A stretch of 64,000 nucleotides of DNA from an uncultured Rhodobacter sp. (GCA_965201085.1 CBDAVS010000005.1:30967-94966); one strand, 5' to 3'. Positions 55,567 through 64,000 are shown, numbered from the stretch's first letter. A program made the numbers and translations. The notes: generated from the letters alone by a model not told the origin.

Positions 55567-55692
55567 TTCCCCTGTCCTCCTATCAGTGATTGACATCCGT
55601 TTAGCGACCCATGCGCCAATCCGCAATCACGGACGCTTTGGCACGACAGTAGCCATACATGCTGCCTCTGCGCCTGTCCGTCAAACGAGCGT
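55563..55692. repeat. Direct repeat copy 2 (see 54181-54315)
   Basis: See the copy 1 entry for the alignment. Confidence 0.8.
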
Positions 55693-55780
55693 ATGGCGGT
55701 CCGCCGGAATACCGTCCGTCAAACAGCGTTGACAACGGGTTTGCGGACATTATGAATGACGGACGGATTTACGGACAGGG
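55670..55780. promoter_or_regulatory. res-like array of recombinase-type half-sites between the orphan gene pair and the serine recombinase gene
   Basis: There are three forward copies: tgtccgtcaaac (55675), ggtccgccggaa (55698) and cgtccgtcaaac (55713). There are three reverse copies: gtttgcggaca (55739), aatgacggacgg (55755) and atttacggacagg (55767). All share (T/C/G)GTCCG. Tn3/gamma-delta resolvase half-sites begin TGTC. Confidence 0.5.
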
Positions 55781-55788
55781 GAACCGGA

Positions 55789-56385
55789 ATGGCATTGATA
55801 GGTTACGCGCGCGTCTCGACGGCGGACCAGGATCCCTCGCTCCAGCTTGACGCGCTGAAGGCGGCGGGGTGCGGGCGGATATTCGAGGACAGGGTGTCCG
55901 GCGCGAAGGACCGGCGTCCGGGACTTGACGGGGCCCTGGCCTGGCTGCGCGAGGGGGACACGCTCGCCGTCTGGCGGCTCGACCGCCTCGGCCGGTCCAT
56001 GCCCCACCTCATCGAGACCGTCCGCCGCCTCGACGGCGCCGGCGTCGGCTTCAGGTCCCTGACCGAGGGCATCGACACCACCACACCGGGCGGCACCCTT
56101 GTGTTCCACATCTTCGGCGCCCTCGCGCAGTTCGAGCGGGACCTGATCCGGGAGCGCACCCGGGCGGGTCTGACGGCCGCCGCTGCCCGGGGACGGAAGG
56201 GGGGACGCAGACCCGTTATGACCAAGGAAAGGCTTGAGAGGGCGGGGAAGCTTATCGACCGGGGGCTGACGGTCCGGGAGGCGGCGGCTCGGATCGGGGT
56301 CGGAAAGACGGCGCTGTACGGGGCGCGCCGCTCCGTTTCCGACGCTGGCGGTGCGAACGGGATGGAGGATAGGCATGAAGGGTGA
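55789..56385 (+). CDS. Serine recombinase (resolvase/invertase family), 198 aa
   Basis: MALIGYARVSTADQDPSLQLDALKAAGCGRIFEDRVSGAKDRRPGLDGAL...GDTLAVWRLDRLGRS...GVGFRSLTEGIDTTTPGGTLVFHIFGALAQFERDLIRERTRAGL... is followed by a C-terminal HTH (LTVREAAARIGVGKTALY). Confidence 0.9.
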   Translation: MALIGYARVSTADQDPSLQLDALKAAGCGRIFEDRVSGAKDRRPGLDGALAWLREGDTLAVWRLDRLGRSMPHLIETVRRLDGAGVGFRSLTEGIDTTTPGGTLVFHIFGALAQFERDLIRERTRAGLTAAAARGRKGGRRPVMTKERLERAGKLIDRGLTVREAAARIGVGKTALYGARRSVSDAGGANGMEDRHEG

Positions 56386-56623
56386 ACGGAACGGTTTTCC
56401 TGATCATTACACGTTTTCTCAACGTTATGGCCACGAACCGTTGCCGGAAGCGATGAAACTCGAGTCGCTCTCCAGGGATCTGCGTCGTGAACTCTGTGAC
56501 GTGTGCATGAGAATATACATTGCGAAATAAGTTCAGCGGTTGTCGGCTACGCCGACATGGATAGTTGGATAAGGAGAGCATTGGGTAGATATCTTGAAAT
56601 ATCCAAAAATGATACCACATCTC
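56375..56623 (+). pseudogene. N-terminal fragment of an AbiJ-NTD4-like (abortive-infection-type) gene
   Basis: MKGERNGFPDHYTFSQRYGHEPLPEAMKLESLSRDLRRELCDVCMRIYIAK* has the FSxRxGxxP...E.L...LRN.LW pattern. A further piece (...IGRYLEISKNDTTSL) lies in another frame. It is cut at 56624 by the IS5 / Tn5-like insertions. Confidence 0.4.
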
Positions 56624-56626
56624 TTA

Positions 56627-57632
56627 GAGTTTGAATCATAAGTCACTGATATGATTAAACTATTGTCTTTCATGGAGTTGACGCCCTCGCCACCCGCCTG
56701 GGCGGGAACCGGCAGGCGGCCAGCGTTCGTTCGTGCCTCACTCACGCCCGGACCGGTGGCGCGTGATGCCTCACCCCGGATGCCGGCGGGTTCCCGCAGA
56801 GGCGCTCATAGTCCTTCGACAGGCGGCGGCACCGGCCCATCCAGGCGAAGGTCCGCTCCACGACCCACCGGCGGCAGGGAACCGTGAACCCTTTGATATC
56901 CTCCGGTCTTTCGACGATCCTGATCACGTCCGACAACCCCATCCCCCCAGGCCGCTCCCGCAGCTTCGGACCCGGGTGGCCACCGTCGGCGAACAGCCTA
57001 CACACCGTGGGCACCGTCTCCAGCAGCTTCGCGATCAGGTCCGGCGCCCCGTCCCGGTCCTGGATGCCGGCGGTGTGAACCGTCATGACGACCGATGTGC
57101 CGTCGGCGTCCACGATCAGGTGCCTTTTCCTCCCCTTCACCCTCTTCCCGGCGTGGTGGCCGCGGGGGCCGCCGCTCTCCGTGGTCCTCACCGACCGGCT
57201 GTCGACCGGGGCGGCGGTCGGCTCCGCGGAGTGCCCCGGATACCGCCGCGCGAGGTCCCGGAGACGATGCGCGATACGCTCCGGGAGCCCGCTCCGCCGC
57301 CATGCGTGAAAATGGTTCCGGTCGGTGGAAAACGGTGGATATCCAGAGGGTGACGCGCGCCACCGGCATTCCGTGGACAGGATATACCGGCCCGCGTCGG
57401 ACACCGACCGAAGGTCGACCCCGCGCGGCCGTCCCATCCTTCCCCGCTTCGGCGGCATCGGCTCGATGACGGTCCATTCGGCGTCGGTCAGGTCGTTTTG
57501 ACTGTGGTCGTCCGGGCGCTCATGGAGCTGTTGGGTGGTCCTGTTCCAGGGCATGGCGATCTCCGTATCCGGGTGCGTTCACCAACCGGAATGCCACATC
57601 CTGCGGGACCACTCAACTTATGGAACAAACTC
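56627..57632 (-). mobile_element. IS5-family element, copy 2 (1006 bp), with target duplication TTA, inserted into the terminus of a Tn5-like IS
   Basis: It has the same inverted repeats as copy 1. TTA occurs at 56624-56626 and 57633-57635. About 50 bp near the transposase 3' end differ from copy 1. Confidence 0.85.
56742..57554 (-). CDS. IS5-family transposase, diverged copy (270 aa) with an altered C-terminus
   Basis: It is collinear with 42372-43208 but has many substitutions (YILSTECRWRASP, DRNHFHAWRRSGLPERIAHRL) and a different tail (...DYERLCGNPPASGVRHHAPPVRA*). Confidence 0.75.
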   Translation of the reverse strand: MPWNRTTQQLHERPDDHSQNDLTDAEWTVIEPMPPKRGRMGRPRGVDLRSVSDAGRYILSTECRWRASPSGYPPFSTDRNHFHAWRRSGLPERIAHRLRDLARRYPGHSAEPTAAPVDSRSVRTTESGGPRGHHAGKRVKGRKRHLIVDADGTSVVMTVHTAGIQDRDGAPDLIAKLLETVPTVCRLFADGGHPGPKLRERPGGMGLSDVIRIVERPEDIKGFTVPCRRWVVERTFAWMGRCRRLSKDYERLCGNPPASGVRHHAPPVRA

Positions 57633-58720
57633 TTACAAAGTCCCACACCTGTACATCATCCCATTCCCGTCTCCGCTTTCCGGGGGCGTCGCGGACCTGG
57701 ATGGCCCGGTTCAGCCTCCCGGGGGCCCGTCGGACCTTTTTCGTCCACGGCGGCGGCCTCCGCGGGTTCGGATGCGGGCCGACGGGGTGCCCCGCGTCGA
57801 TGTCCTCCTCCGGGAAGGCCCCGGTGGCGGGCGTCTCCGGCCGCTCCCGGGCGGGCGCGGTCAGGTCGGAGACCCGGGCCGCGGTCACGGCGTCGAAGGC
57901 GAGGCGTTTTTTCAGGTCATCTGCGGCGCCGGACCCGGCGTCCTGAACCGGATCTCCATCGTCCAGCGCCTGCGGTACCGGTCCGGCACGGTGGCGGCGA
58001 ACACGGCGTCGGCCTCCCTCCTCCGCCGAACGCTCCGTGGTCAGGAGCGGCCGGGGCGGGCGGTGCGCCCCCCACGGGCCCCCGCTCCTCCCGACGCGGG
58101 GACGGTGAGGTCGGTCACGGCGGGGGCGTGCGGCACGGCGACATGGTCCCGCAGGCACTCCGCCGCGCCGTCGGGCCCCGGCACCCGCCGCTTCGCCGGG
58201 CGGCCCGCCCTGACAGGGAGAGCGTCGCCGTGAAGGTCGGCCTCGGAGAGGAAGTCCCGCAGGTCGCCTTCCCGGTCGCGGACGGAGACCACCCGCGTGT
58301 CCGGGCAGGCGGCGGCGGGCTCCCGTGCCCGCGGCGGGCCTTCGATCCAGCGGTGGCCGTCGTCCTCCGGGCCCTCCCCGTGGCCCGCGTCCATCGCGAA
58401 CGGGCCGGGCGGACGACCCTCCCGCTTCCGCCCGCGCGCGGCAGGCCGACCCGTTTGGCCAGGGCGTGCGGCGCCTTCGCCGTTGCCGCTTCGCGTCCTC
58501 CTCCGCGACCGTCGGGACCCGCACCGGCGACATCGCGTCCAGGTCCCCGCATTGGCATCACCCGGACGGATCGCCCGACGCGGGAATCCAGCCCGTGCCG
58601 CTCGCTTCCAGCACCGCGTATGACGTGGTGGCCTTCCCCTCGAAGGGGATGGCCGACCCATTCATCGCCTCTCCCCTTTCGAACGGCAGGGGGGAGAGAT
58701 GGCACCCGCCACCATATGCT
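57633..58720 (-). pseudogene. Tn5-like IS copy with large internal deletions and frameshifts
   Basis: The terminus is cttacaaagtcccacacc. The minus-strand pieces are ...AAKAPHALAKRVGLP (DUF4338-like N-terminus), ...CPDTRVVSVRDREGDLRDFLSEADLHGDALPVRAGRPAKRR, ...AECLRDHVAVPHAPAVTDLTVPASGG, ...AVFAATVPDRYRRRWTMEIRF, ...AADDLKKRLAFDAVTAARVSDLTAPARERPETPATGAFPEEDIDAGHPVGPHPNP. Confidence 0.6.
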
Positions 58721-58869
58721 GACGTCCGGACATTCCCTTCAACCGAATCACCACGCAAGGCGAACACCGGCACGCCCCATGGCATCTGCTCGATATTCTG
58801 ATGGACAGCTTCGGCCCCCGCCACAGGGTCATCGAGGCCATTCTCCTGTGATCCGGAGCATGAACGGCG

Positions 58870-59162
58870 AACGGGACACGAGGCCCTCGGCATTGTTGAT
58901 TTTCCCGACACACGCGAGGACGCGCTTCAGCATGGACTCGCTGACGATGGGCCAGTCCGACATCCTTCTCTCCGATTCCGGCGAACGGGAAGTGGATCGG
59001 GCCGTCCATAAGCTGCGCAGCTTCCCGGTTGACGCGATGGTCAGCGGCCCGCTGAAAAGATGCGTCCAGACGGCGTCGCCGTTCCGCGCGGTCGGCTGCT
59101 GTGGGTTCATCGTCGATCCGGGTGGGCGGAGCGCTCCTAGGGTGTCTACGAAGGCAGGTTGA
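58870..59162 (+). pseudogene. Histidine phosphatase (SixA/PGM-like) gene fragment
   Basis: ...ALLIFPTHARTRFSMDSLTMGQSDILLSDSGEREVDRAVHKLRSFPVDAMVSGPLKRCVQTASPF... follows the RHGxT...D.pLs..G..qA...L....d.i.sSpL.Ra.qTA pattern. The catalytic RHG reads THA, and the ORF ends after about 100 aa. Confidence 0.35.
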
Positions 59163-59781
59163 AGCGGAAAAGGGGAAAGGAGCCGGACCCTCCGGGCGGG
59201 GAGACCGACGACGGTTTCGCGGTTCGCGTAAGCCGGACGTTGAACAGGCTGCCGGCAGAAGGGAGCATCCTGCTGGTTTCGCAATCCGGCGTATTCCGCT
59301 AGCCTTGCGGACTTGGCTATGTGTCCGACACGCCCTGTTCGCCGCTCCCGCACGCGACACCGGTGGTTCTGCAGCGCAGAGCCAGTTCAGTGTGCGCTAT
59401 ATCCTACGGACGGTCTGGTTGTTACTCATTGCCCGTAGCGACATTCCCACCACGGCATCATGGTGCCTCGGACCCGCCCGCATTCAGGCGATCCGGCATT
59501 TCTCCGGTCCGGTTTCTACGGCACTTCGACATAGCACCGGACTACGGCCTCGCCGTTCCCGGCGAAGCGACGAACGTCTGTCTGGACCGTGACGTTCGAT
59601 ATGGCTGGCATGGTGAAAGCGGTGGGTTCAGATCCCGGTCGCGGTGCATCCAAAGGGGATCGATGTTGGAATCGATTATCACGTTTTTCGGCTATTGCCC
59701 CGACCGCACGATCACTTTATTAGAGCTTGCATAAGGTTAAAACAATCGGCGTCACGCCGGAGAATACTGGGAGTTCGCCTC

Positions 59782-61905
59782 ATGCGCCGAAAAGATGGCC
59801 GCGATTTATTTGGTTCAGACCGCACTGATCCACCTTCGGTCCACCGACGGTCCATCCGGGCGATTTCCCTGGCTATTGGCACGGCGCTGTTCTGTTCGCC
59901 AGCCGTCTCACAGGGGATACTGGGAGGCGACGTCTCCACTTCGGCGAACTTCACGCTGACCCACGGCCTGACGTTCCGCGCAGAAAACCGTGACCCGAGC
60001 TTGAACAGCATCAACGGCGACAACGGCGACCTCAACTACGAGAAGCGGAGGCTGGTCAGCAACACGTCCAACCTTACGGCGGAATTCGAGATCAACAGCG
60101 GCGATTTCGGGCTGTTCGCCCGCCTGAACGGGTTCATGGACTTCGAGACCCAGAACGGATCGCGTGAGCGGACTCCACTCTCTGAAGACGCCTTGAATGT
60201 CGCGGGGCGGGATTTCCGGATCCTTGACCTGTACGCGTCGGCGTTCTTCGAGCCGGGGGGGGTACCGCTTGACATCAGGGTCGGCAACCAGGTCCTGAAC
60301 TGGGGCGAGAGCACGTTCATCCCGAACGGTATAAACGTGATCAACCCGATCGACGTGAGCCGAATCCGGACGCCAGGCGCGGAACTGCGTGATGCACTGG
60401 TTCCGGTTCCGATGGCGTTTGCCGCAGCCGAACTGGTCCCGAACCTCTCGATGGAGGGTTTCTACCAGTTCGGATGGGAGAAAACGGAGGTCGATCCGGT
60501 CGGGACGTATTTCTCCACGACGGACTACGTCGGGGCGGGTGGAACGCATGCTTTCTTGACTGATTTTATTGACGGGCTGAACAGTGCTATAAACACTGAA
60601 AACACCGCGCGGGGACTCCGCCTACCGACCGCGAGCGATCAGGGGCTTAATTTTGACGATCCTTTCCTTATCAGCCCTACAGACCACCCCATGGCAACTT
60701 CTTTTCGCGATATTATTAACGAGAAAGTCAATCAAGCCTATACCCAATTCGTAGCTAACAAACCGATGGTCAATGTGTCCTGTACCGACTTGACGGGTTT
60801 GGGTCAGGACTGTGCACGTACCGCCGCGGATCCAAACTTTCTAGCAATTGGGCGCCAGAGTGACCGTGAACCCGCTGATGATGGTCAGTATGGCATAGCA
60901 TTGCGTTATCTTTCCCCGGCGCTGAATGACACTGAATTCGGGTTCTATTTTGTCAATGCTCACAGCAGGCTGCCACTCGTCAGCGGACGTATCGGTGATG
61001 CCAAGTACCTCGCGCATAGTATAGAAATTGAAAAAGCTGTAAATGAGTTGACCGCTCCTCTGAGTCAATTCGCTGGTCCTCTTGCGCTTGACCGATTTGC
61101 CAAGGCGTCGAGCTATTTTGTTGAGTATCCCGAGGATCTGAAGACATACGGCCTTAGCTTCAACACCCTGCTCGGAGCCAGTGGATGGGCACTGCAGGGA
61201 GAATACTCCCTCCATCCGGATCTGCCTTTGCAAAGGACAGAGAGGGCCCTGTTTCAGCAAGCGTTGAGGGCCGCCGCTTGCGAACTCGATGTTATACGAA
61301 GTAGCGACTCCGGTATTAAGGCTGAGTGTGATGGTTTGGCTAAATCTACAAGTAGAGATCCGTCAGCTGAATATCAGCCCGGTCTCATAGTTGGCGATGA
61401 AGCTCTGAGTGGACAGTTCGGTCTCGGAGGTTATCTACAAGGCTACCGAAAACGCGACGTGAGCCAGGCGCAGATCACGGCAACACAGGTGTTCGGGCCC
61501 GCGCTCGGATCGGACGCACTGGGCTTCATCGCGGAGGCAGCGCTCATGAGGGTCCACGGAATGCCCGACCGTGCCAACGATCCGCTGGAGACGGGCGGCT
61601 CCTCGAAAGACGGCAGCGCCGAAGCGACCTCCTGGGGCTACAGGGGTGCGCTGTGGCTTGACTACAGCAACGCCGTCGGCGCGGCGTCCCTCTCGCCTTA
61701 CATCCAGTTCCAGCACGACGTGGACGGATCGAGCCCCGCGCCGTTCGGACCCTTCGTCGAAGGCCGGAAAGCCATAACGCTCGGTGTCGGGGCGAGCTAT
61801 CTCGAACGCTGGAGCGCGAACGTCAGCTACACGGCGCATTCCGGCTCCAACAACCCGCTGGCCGGCAGGGACTTCATGTCGATGTCATTCAGCTATTCCT
61901 TCTAA
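59782..61905 (+). CDS. DUF1302-family outer-membrane protein
   Basis: From ATG 59782 it reads MRRKDGRDLF...AISLAIGTALFCSPAVSQG (signal). It then has ...TLTHGLTFRAENRDP...GDLNYEKRRLVSNTSNLTAEFEI...LRVGNQVLNWGESTFIPNGINVINPIDVSRIRTPGAELRDALVP... and ends ...DFMSMSFSYSF*, a beta-barrel terminal Phe. Confidence 0.8.
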   Translation: MRRKDGRDLFGSDRTDPPSVHRRSIRAISLAIGTALFCSPAVSQGILGGDVSTSANFTLTHGLTFRAENRDPSLNSINGDNGDLNYEKRRLVSNTSNLTAEFEINSGDFGLFARLNGFMDFETQNGSRERTPLSEDALNVAGRDFRILDLYASAFFEPGGVPLDIRVGNQVLNWGESTFIPNGINVINPIDVSRIRTPGAELRDALVPVPMAFAAAELVPNLSMEGFYQFGWEKTEVDPVGTYFSTTDYVGAGGTHAFLTDFIDGLNSAINTENTARGLRLPTASDQGLNFDDPFLISPTDHPMATSFRDIINEKVNQAYTQFVANKPMVNVSCTDLTGLGQDCARTAADPNFLAIGRQSDREPADDGQYGIALRYLSPALNDTEFGFYFVNAHSRLPLVSGRIGDAKYLAHSIEIEKAVNELTAPLSQFAGPLALDRFAKASSYFVEYPEDLKTYGLSFNTLLGASGWALQGEYSLHPDLPLQRTERALFQQALRAAACELDVIRSSDSGIKAECDGLAKSTSRDPSAEYQPGLIVGDEALSGQFGLGGYLQGYRKRDVSQAQITATQVFGPALGSDALGFIAEAALMRVHGMPDRANDPLETGGSSKDGSAEATSWGYRGALWLDYSNAVGAASLSPYIQFQHDVDGSSPAPFGPFVEGRKAITLGVGASYLERWSANVSYTAHSGSNNPLAGRDFMSMSFSYSF

Positions 61906-61920
61906 GCAGACGAGGATGAA

Positions 61921-63285
61921 ATGAAAGGAACCATGCTGAAACCGACCGCCGCCGCGCTTGCGCTCTGCCTCTCATGGACACCGGCGGCGATGGCGGAACT
62001 GTCCGCCGACCAGATCGCAAGACTCGGCAGGGACCTCACTCCCGTCGGCGCGGAGCGCGCCGGCAACGCCGCCGGGACGATACCGGCCTGGAACGGCGGT
62101 ATAACGAGTCCGCCAAGGGGTTACCGCCGGGGCGAGCACCACCGCGATCCGTTCGCCAAGGACAGGCCGCTCTTCACCATCGACGCCTCCAACGTCGCCC
62201 GCTACCGCGACCGCCTGTCCGTGGGCCACCGGCGGATGCTGGAACTCTATCCAAGCTTCCGGATGAATGTCTATCCGACACGTCGCAGCGCCTCCGCCCC
62301 GCAGCGGATCTACGACGCCACACGGCGGGTGGCGGCGACCGCGCACCTGGAGGACGGCGGTAACGGTGTCGGTGGTTCCGTGATCGGAATCCCGTTCCCG
62401 ATCCCCAAGAACGGGCTTGAAACGATCTGGAACCACCTGCTGCGCTACCGCGGCGAAACGGTCCAGTGCCGAATGGGTCAGGCGGCCGTGACCAGGGGCG
62501 GCGACTACACGGTCGTCGAATTCGAACTGACGGCCGAACTGCGCTATTCGCTGCCGGGCATGACGGAAGCGGCGCTTGACAATACCATGGTTTATTTCAA
62601 GCAGAAGGCCCTCGCGCCGGCACGGCTCGCCGGTGACATCGTGCTCGTCCATGAAACCATGAACCAGGTGCGGGAGCCCCGTCGGGCATGGAGCTACAAC
62701 CCGGGCCAGAGACGGGTCCGGCGCGCGCCCAACATCGCCTACGACAATCCCGGCACCACCTCCGACGGCCTCCGCACCGCCGATCAGCTCGACATGTTCA
62801 ACGGGGCGATCGACCGGTACAACTGGGAACTCGTCGGAAAACGTGAACTCTACGTACCCTATAATTCATATCGGCTTCACAGCGACGATCTCTCCTTCGA
62901 CGACATTCTCACCCCGCGGCATGTGAACCCGGACCATCTCCGCTACGAACTGCATCGGGTGTGGGTGGTTGACGCGACGCTGGCGAGGGGCGCGCGACAT
63001 ACCTACAAGCGTCGCACCTTCTACATCGACGAGGATTCCTGGCAGATATTGCTGGTGGATATCTACGACAACCGCGACCGTCTCTGGAGGGTCTCGGAAG
63101 GACACGTGATCAACTACTACGAGAATCCGCTGATCTGGCCGACACTGGAGGTGCACCATGACCTTCAGGCACGGCGTTACCTGGCCGTCGGTCTCGACAA
63201 CGAGTTCCCGATGTGCGCCATGGACGCGAAGGTCACGTCCCGGGACTTCACCGTATCCGCGCTGAGACGGGAAGGTCGCCGGTAG
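61921..63285 (+). CDS. DUF1329-family (LolA-like) periplasmic/outer-membrane-associated protein
   Basis: The signal peptide is MKGTMLKPTAAALALCLSWTPAAMA. It then has ...LTPVGAERAGNAAGTIPAWNGGIT...FTIDASNVARYRDRLSVGHRRMLELYPSFRMNVYPTRRS...YELHRVWVVDATL... This is the usual partner of DUF1302. Confidence 0.8.
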   Translation: MKGTMLKPTAAALALCLSWTPAAMAELSADQIARLGRDLTPVGAERAGNAAGTIPAWNGGITSPPRGYRRGEHHRDPFAKDRPLFTIDASNVARYRDRLSVGHRRMLELYPSFRMNVYPTRRSASAPQRIYDATRRVAATAHLEDGGNGVGGSVIGIPFPIPKNGLETIWNHLLRYRGETVQCRMGQAAVTRGGDYTVVEFELTAELRYSLPGMTEAALDNTMVYFKQKALAPARLAGDIVLVHETMNQVREPRRAWSYNPGQRRVRRAPNIAYDNPGTTSDGLRTADQLDMFNGAIDRYNWELVGKRELYVPYNSYRLHSDDLSFDDILTPRHVNPDHLRYELHRVWVVDATLARGARHTYKRRTFYIDEDSWQILLVDIYDNRDRLWRVSEGHVINYYENPLIWPTLEVHHDLQARRYLAVGLDNEFPMCAMDAKVTSRDFTVSALRREGRR

Positions 63286-63313
63286 ATCACGGTCCACACC
63301 GGAGAGCGGCACA

Positions 63314-64000
63314 GTGAATCCGTGGCGGCGCACCGCCTGCCTCGCCGCCACGATGATGGTGTTTGCCAACGCAGGTGGTGCTGAGACACCCCCTGCCCCA
63401 TCGGTGCCACACGCAGCGCGGTCCCTGCTGCTTGACGGTGCCCGCGCCGACGGTCGGCTGGTCGTCGTCGGGGCGCGCGGCCATATAATCATTTCCGATG
63501 ACGAGGCCGCGACATGGCGTCTGGCCGAGACCCCCGTCCGTTCGATGCTGACCGCCGTTCATATGCATGATGCCACGCTGGGCTGGGCGGTTGGGCATGA
63601 CGCGGTCATCCTGCGCACGGACGACGGCGGAGAAACCTGGCGGCTGGTGCATCAGGCACCGGAGGAGGGACTCCCGCTTCTCGACATCCTGTTCTCCGAC
63701 GAGAGGAACGGTCTGGCCATAGGCGCCTATGGCTATCTTCTTTTCACCGATGACGGCGGCGAGACCTGGAGCCGTGGCGAGGTCAGCGAGGATGACCATC
63801 ACATGAACGCCGTCGCCTCCGCGGACGGGACGCTCTACATCGCCGCTGAGGCTGGCAGCGCGTTCCTGTCGGAGGACGGTGCCAACCGTTGGCGGACGCT
63901 GGAGCCACCCTATCACGGATCCTGGTTCGGAGTGGCAGCGATCGGCCCCGAAACGGTGATCCTGGTCGGTCTCCGCGGTCGTATGTTCAGATCCGATGAC
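63314..64000 (+). CDS. BNR/Ycf48-like beta-propeller protein, N-terminal 229 codons; open at the window end
   Basis: My translation from GTG 63314 is VNPWRRTACLAATMMVFANAGGAETPP...HIIISDDEAATWRLAETP...ILRTDDGGETWRLVHQ...LLFTDDGGETWSRG...FLSEDGANRWRTLEP...MFRSDD. It contains repeated SxDxGxTW (BNR/Asp-box) motifs. It is not in the ORF track because it has no stop in the window. Confidence 0.8.
   Translation, partial: MNPWRRTACLAATMMVFANAGGAETPPAPSVPHAARSLLLDGARADGRLVVVGARGHIIISDDEAATWRLAETPVRSMLTAVHMHDATLGWAVGHDAVILRTDDGGETWRLVHQAPEEGLPLLDILFSDERNGLAIGAYGYLLFTDDGGETWSRGEVSEDDHHMNAVASADGTLYIAAEAGSAFLSEDGANRWRTLEPPYHGSWFGVAAIGPETVILVGLRGRMFRSDD

Noticed and set aside
57498-59162. 554-aa plus-strand ORF
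   Set aside because: Most of it is antisense to the Tn5-like remnant. Only its last ~100 codons (58870-59162) resemble a real gene, the histidine phosphatase fragment, which is reported separately.
1-64000. CRISPR arrays, rRNA, tRNA or tmRNA genes
   Set aside because: I found no regularly spaced direct repeats and no convincing tRNA T-arm/acceptor pattern. The only GGTTCGAGCC-like string, near 38190, lacks a complementary stem. I also saw no rRNA-like conserved blocks. A computational scan (tRNAscan-SE, Infernal) is still needed, because reading by eye is weak for ncRNAs.

Overview
This 64 kb window is high-GC and looks alphaproteobacterium-like, though that is inference only. It is a mosaic of moderately GC-rich core genes and very GC-rich accessory DNA saturated with insertion sequences (IS).

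Core blocks:
- A partial ppk2 at 1-462 on the minus strand, which the ORF track misses.
- A sugar ABC-uptake operon at 2264-6385 in which all four genes carry stops or frameshifts. It is followed by intact sugar-phosphate isomerase and Gfo/Idh/MocA oxidoreductase genes.
- A hyuA/hyuB hydantoinase-oxoprolinase operon with an amidotransferase, a GlxA/AraC regulator and a dctPQM TRAP transporter (21.1-30.4 kb).
- parE at 36070-38031.
- A DUF1302/DUF1329/BNR-repeat outer-membrane cluster (59.8-64 kb, with the last gene open at the window end).

Accessory blocks:
- An island of about 12 kb (8.49-20.7 kb) truncates a GH43 gene. It holds a graveyard of ISNCY-like and Tn5-like (IS4 family) transposase fragments, one of them split by a complete IS30-family element. 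It also carries a 1852-aa FN3/Calx-beta autotransporter with a C18 homopolymer between its start codon and its signal peptide.
- Two inverted IS256 copies sit at 32940-34333 and 38740-40130.
- Two IS5-family copies sit at 42329-43286 and 56627-57632.
- A defence-island-like region spans 40.1-58.9 kb. It contains a truncated TcmP-like gene and an orphan protein combining an AbiV-like HEPN domain with a DUF3775-like domain. It also contains a decayed nucleoside-deoxyribosyltransferase-like gene, an intact Type ISP restriction-modification enzyme and three diverged AAA-ATPase paralogues. The rest of its content is methyltransferase debris, a translationally coupled orphan gene pair next to a serine recombinase with a res-like site array, and an AbiJ-like fragment.

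I recognised no rRNA, tRNA or CRISPR array. Most long ORFs in the >68% GC stretches are antisense or out-of-frame artefacts.

Best candidates for something new:
- the poly-C switch on the giant autotransporter;
- the HEPN/DUF3775 orphan protein;
- the 89-aa/297-aa gene pair beside res and the recombinase;
- the ATPase paralogue array beside the Type ISP enzyme.

All domain calls come from reading translations by eye and need HMM or BLAST confirmation.
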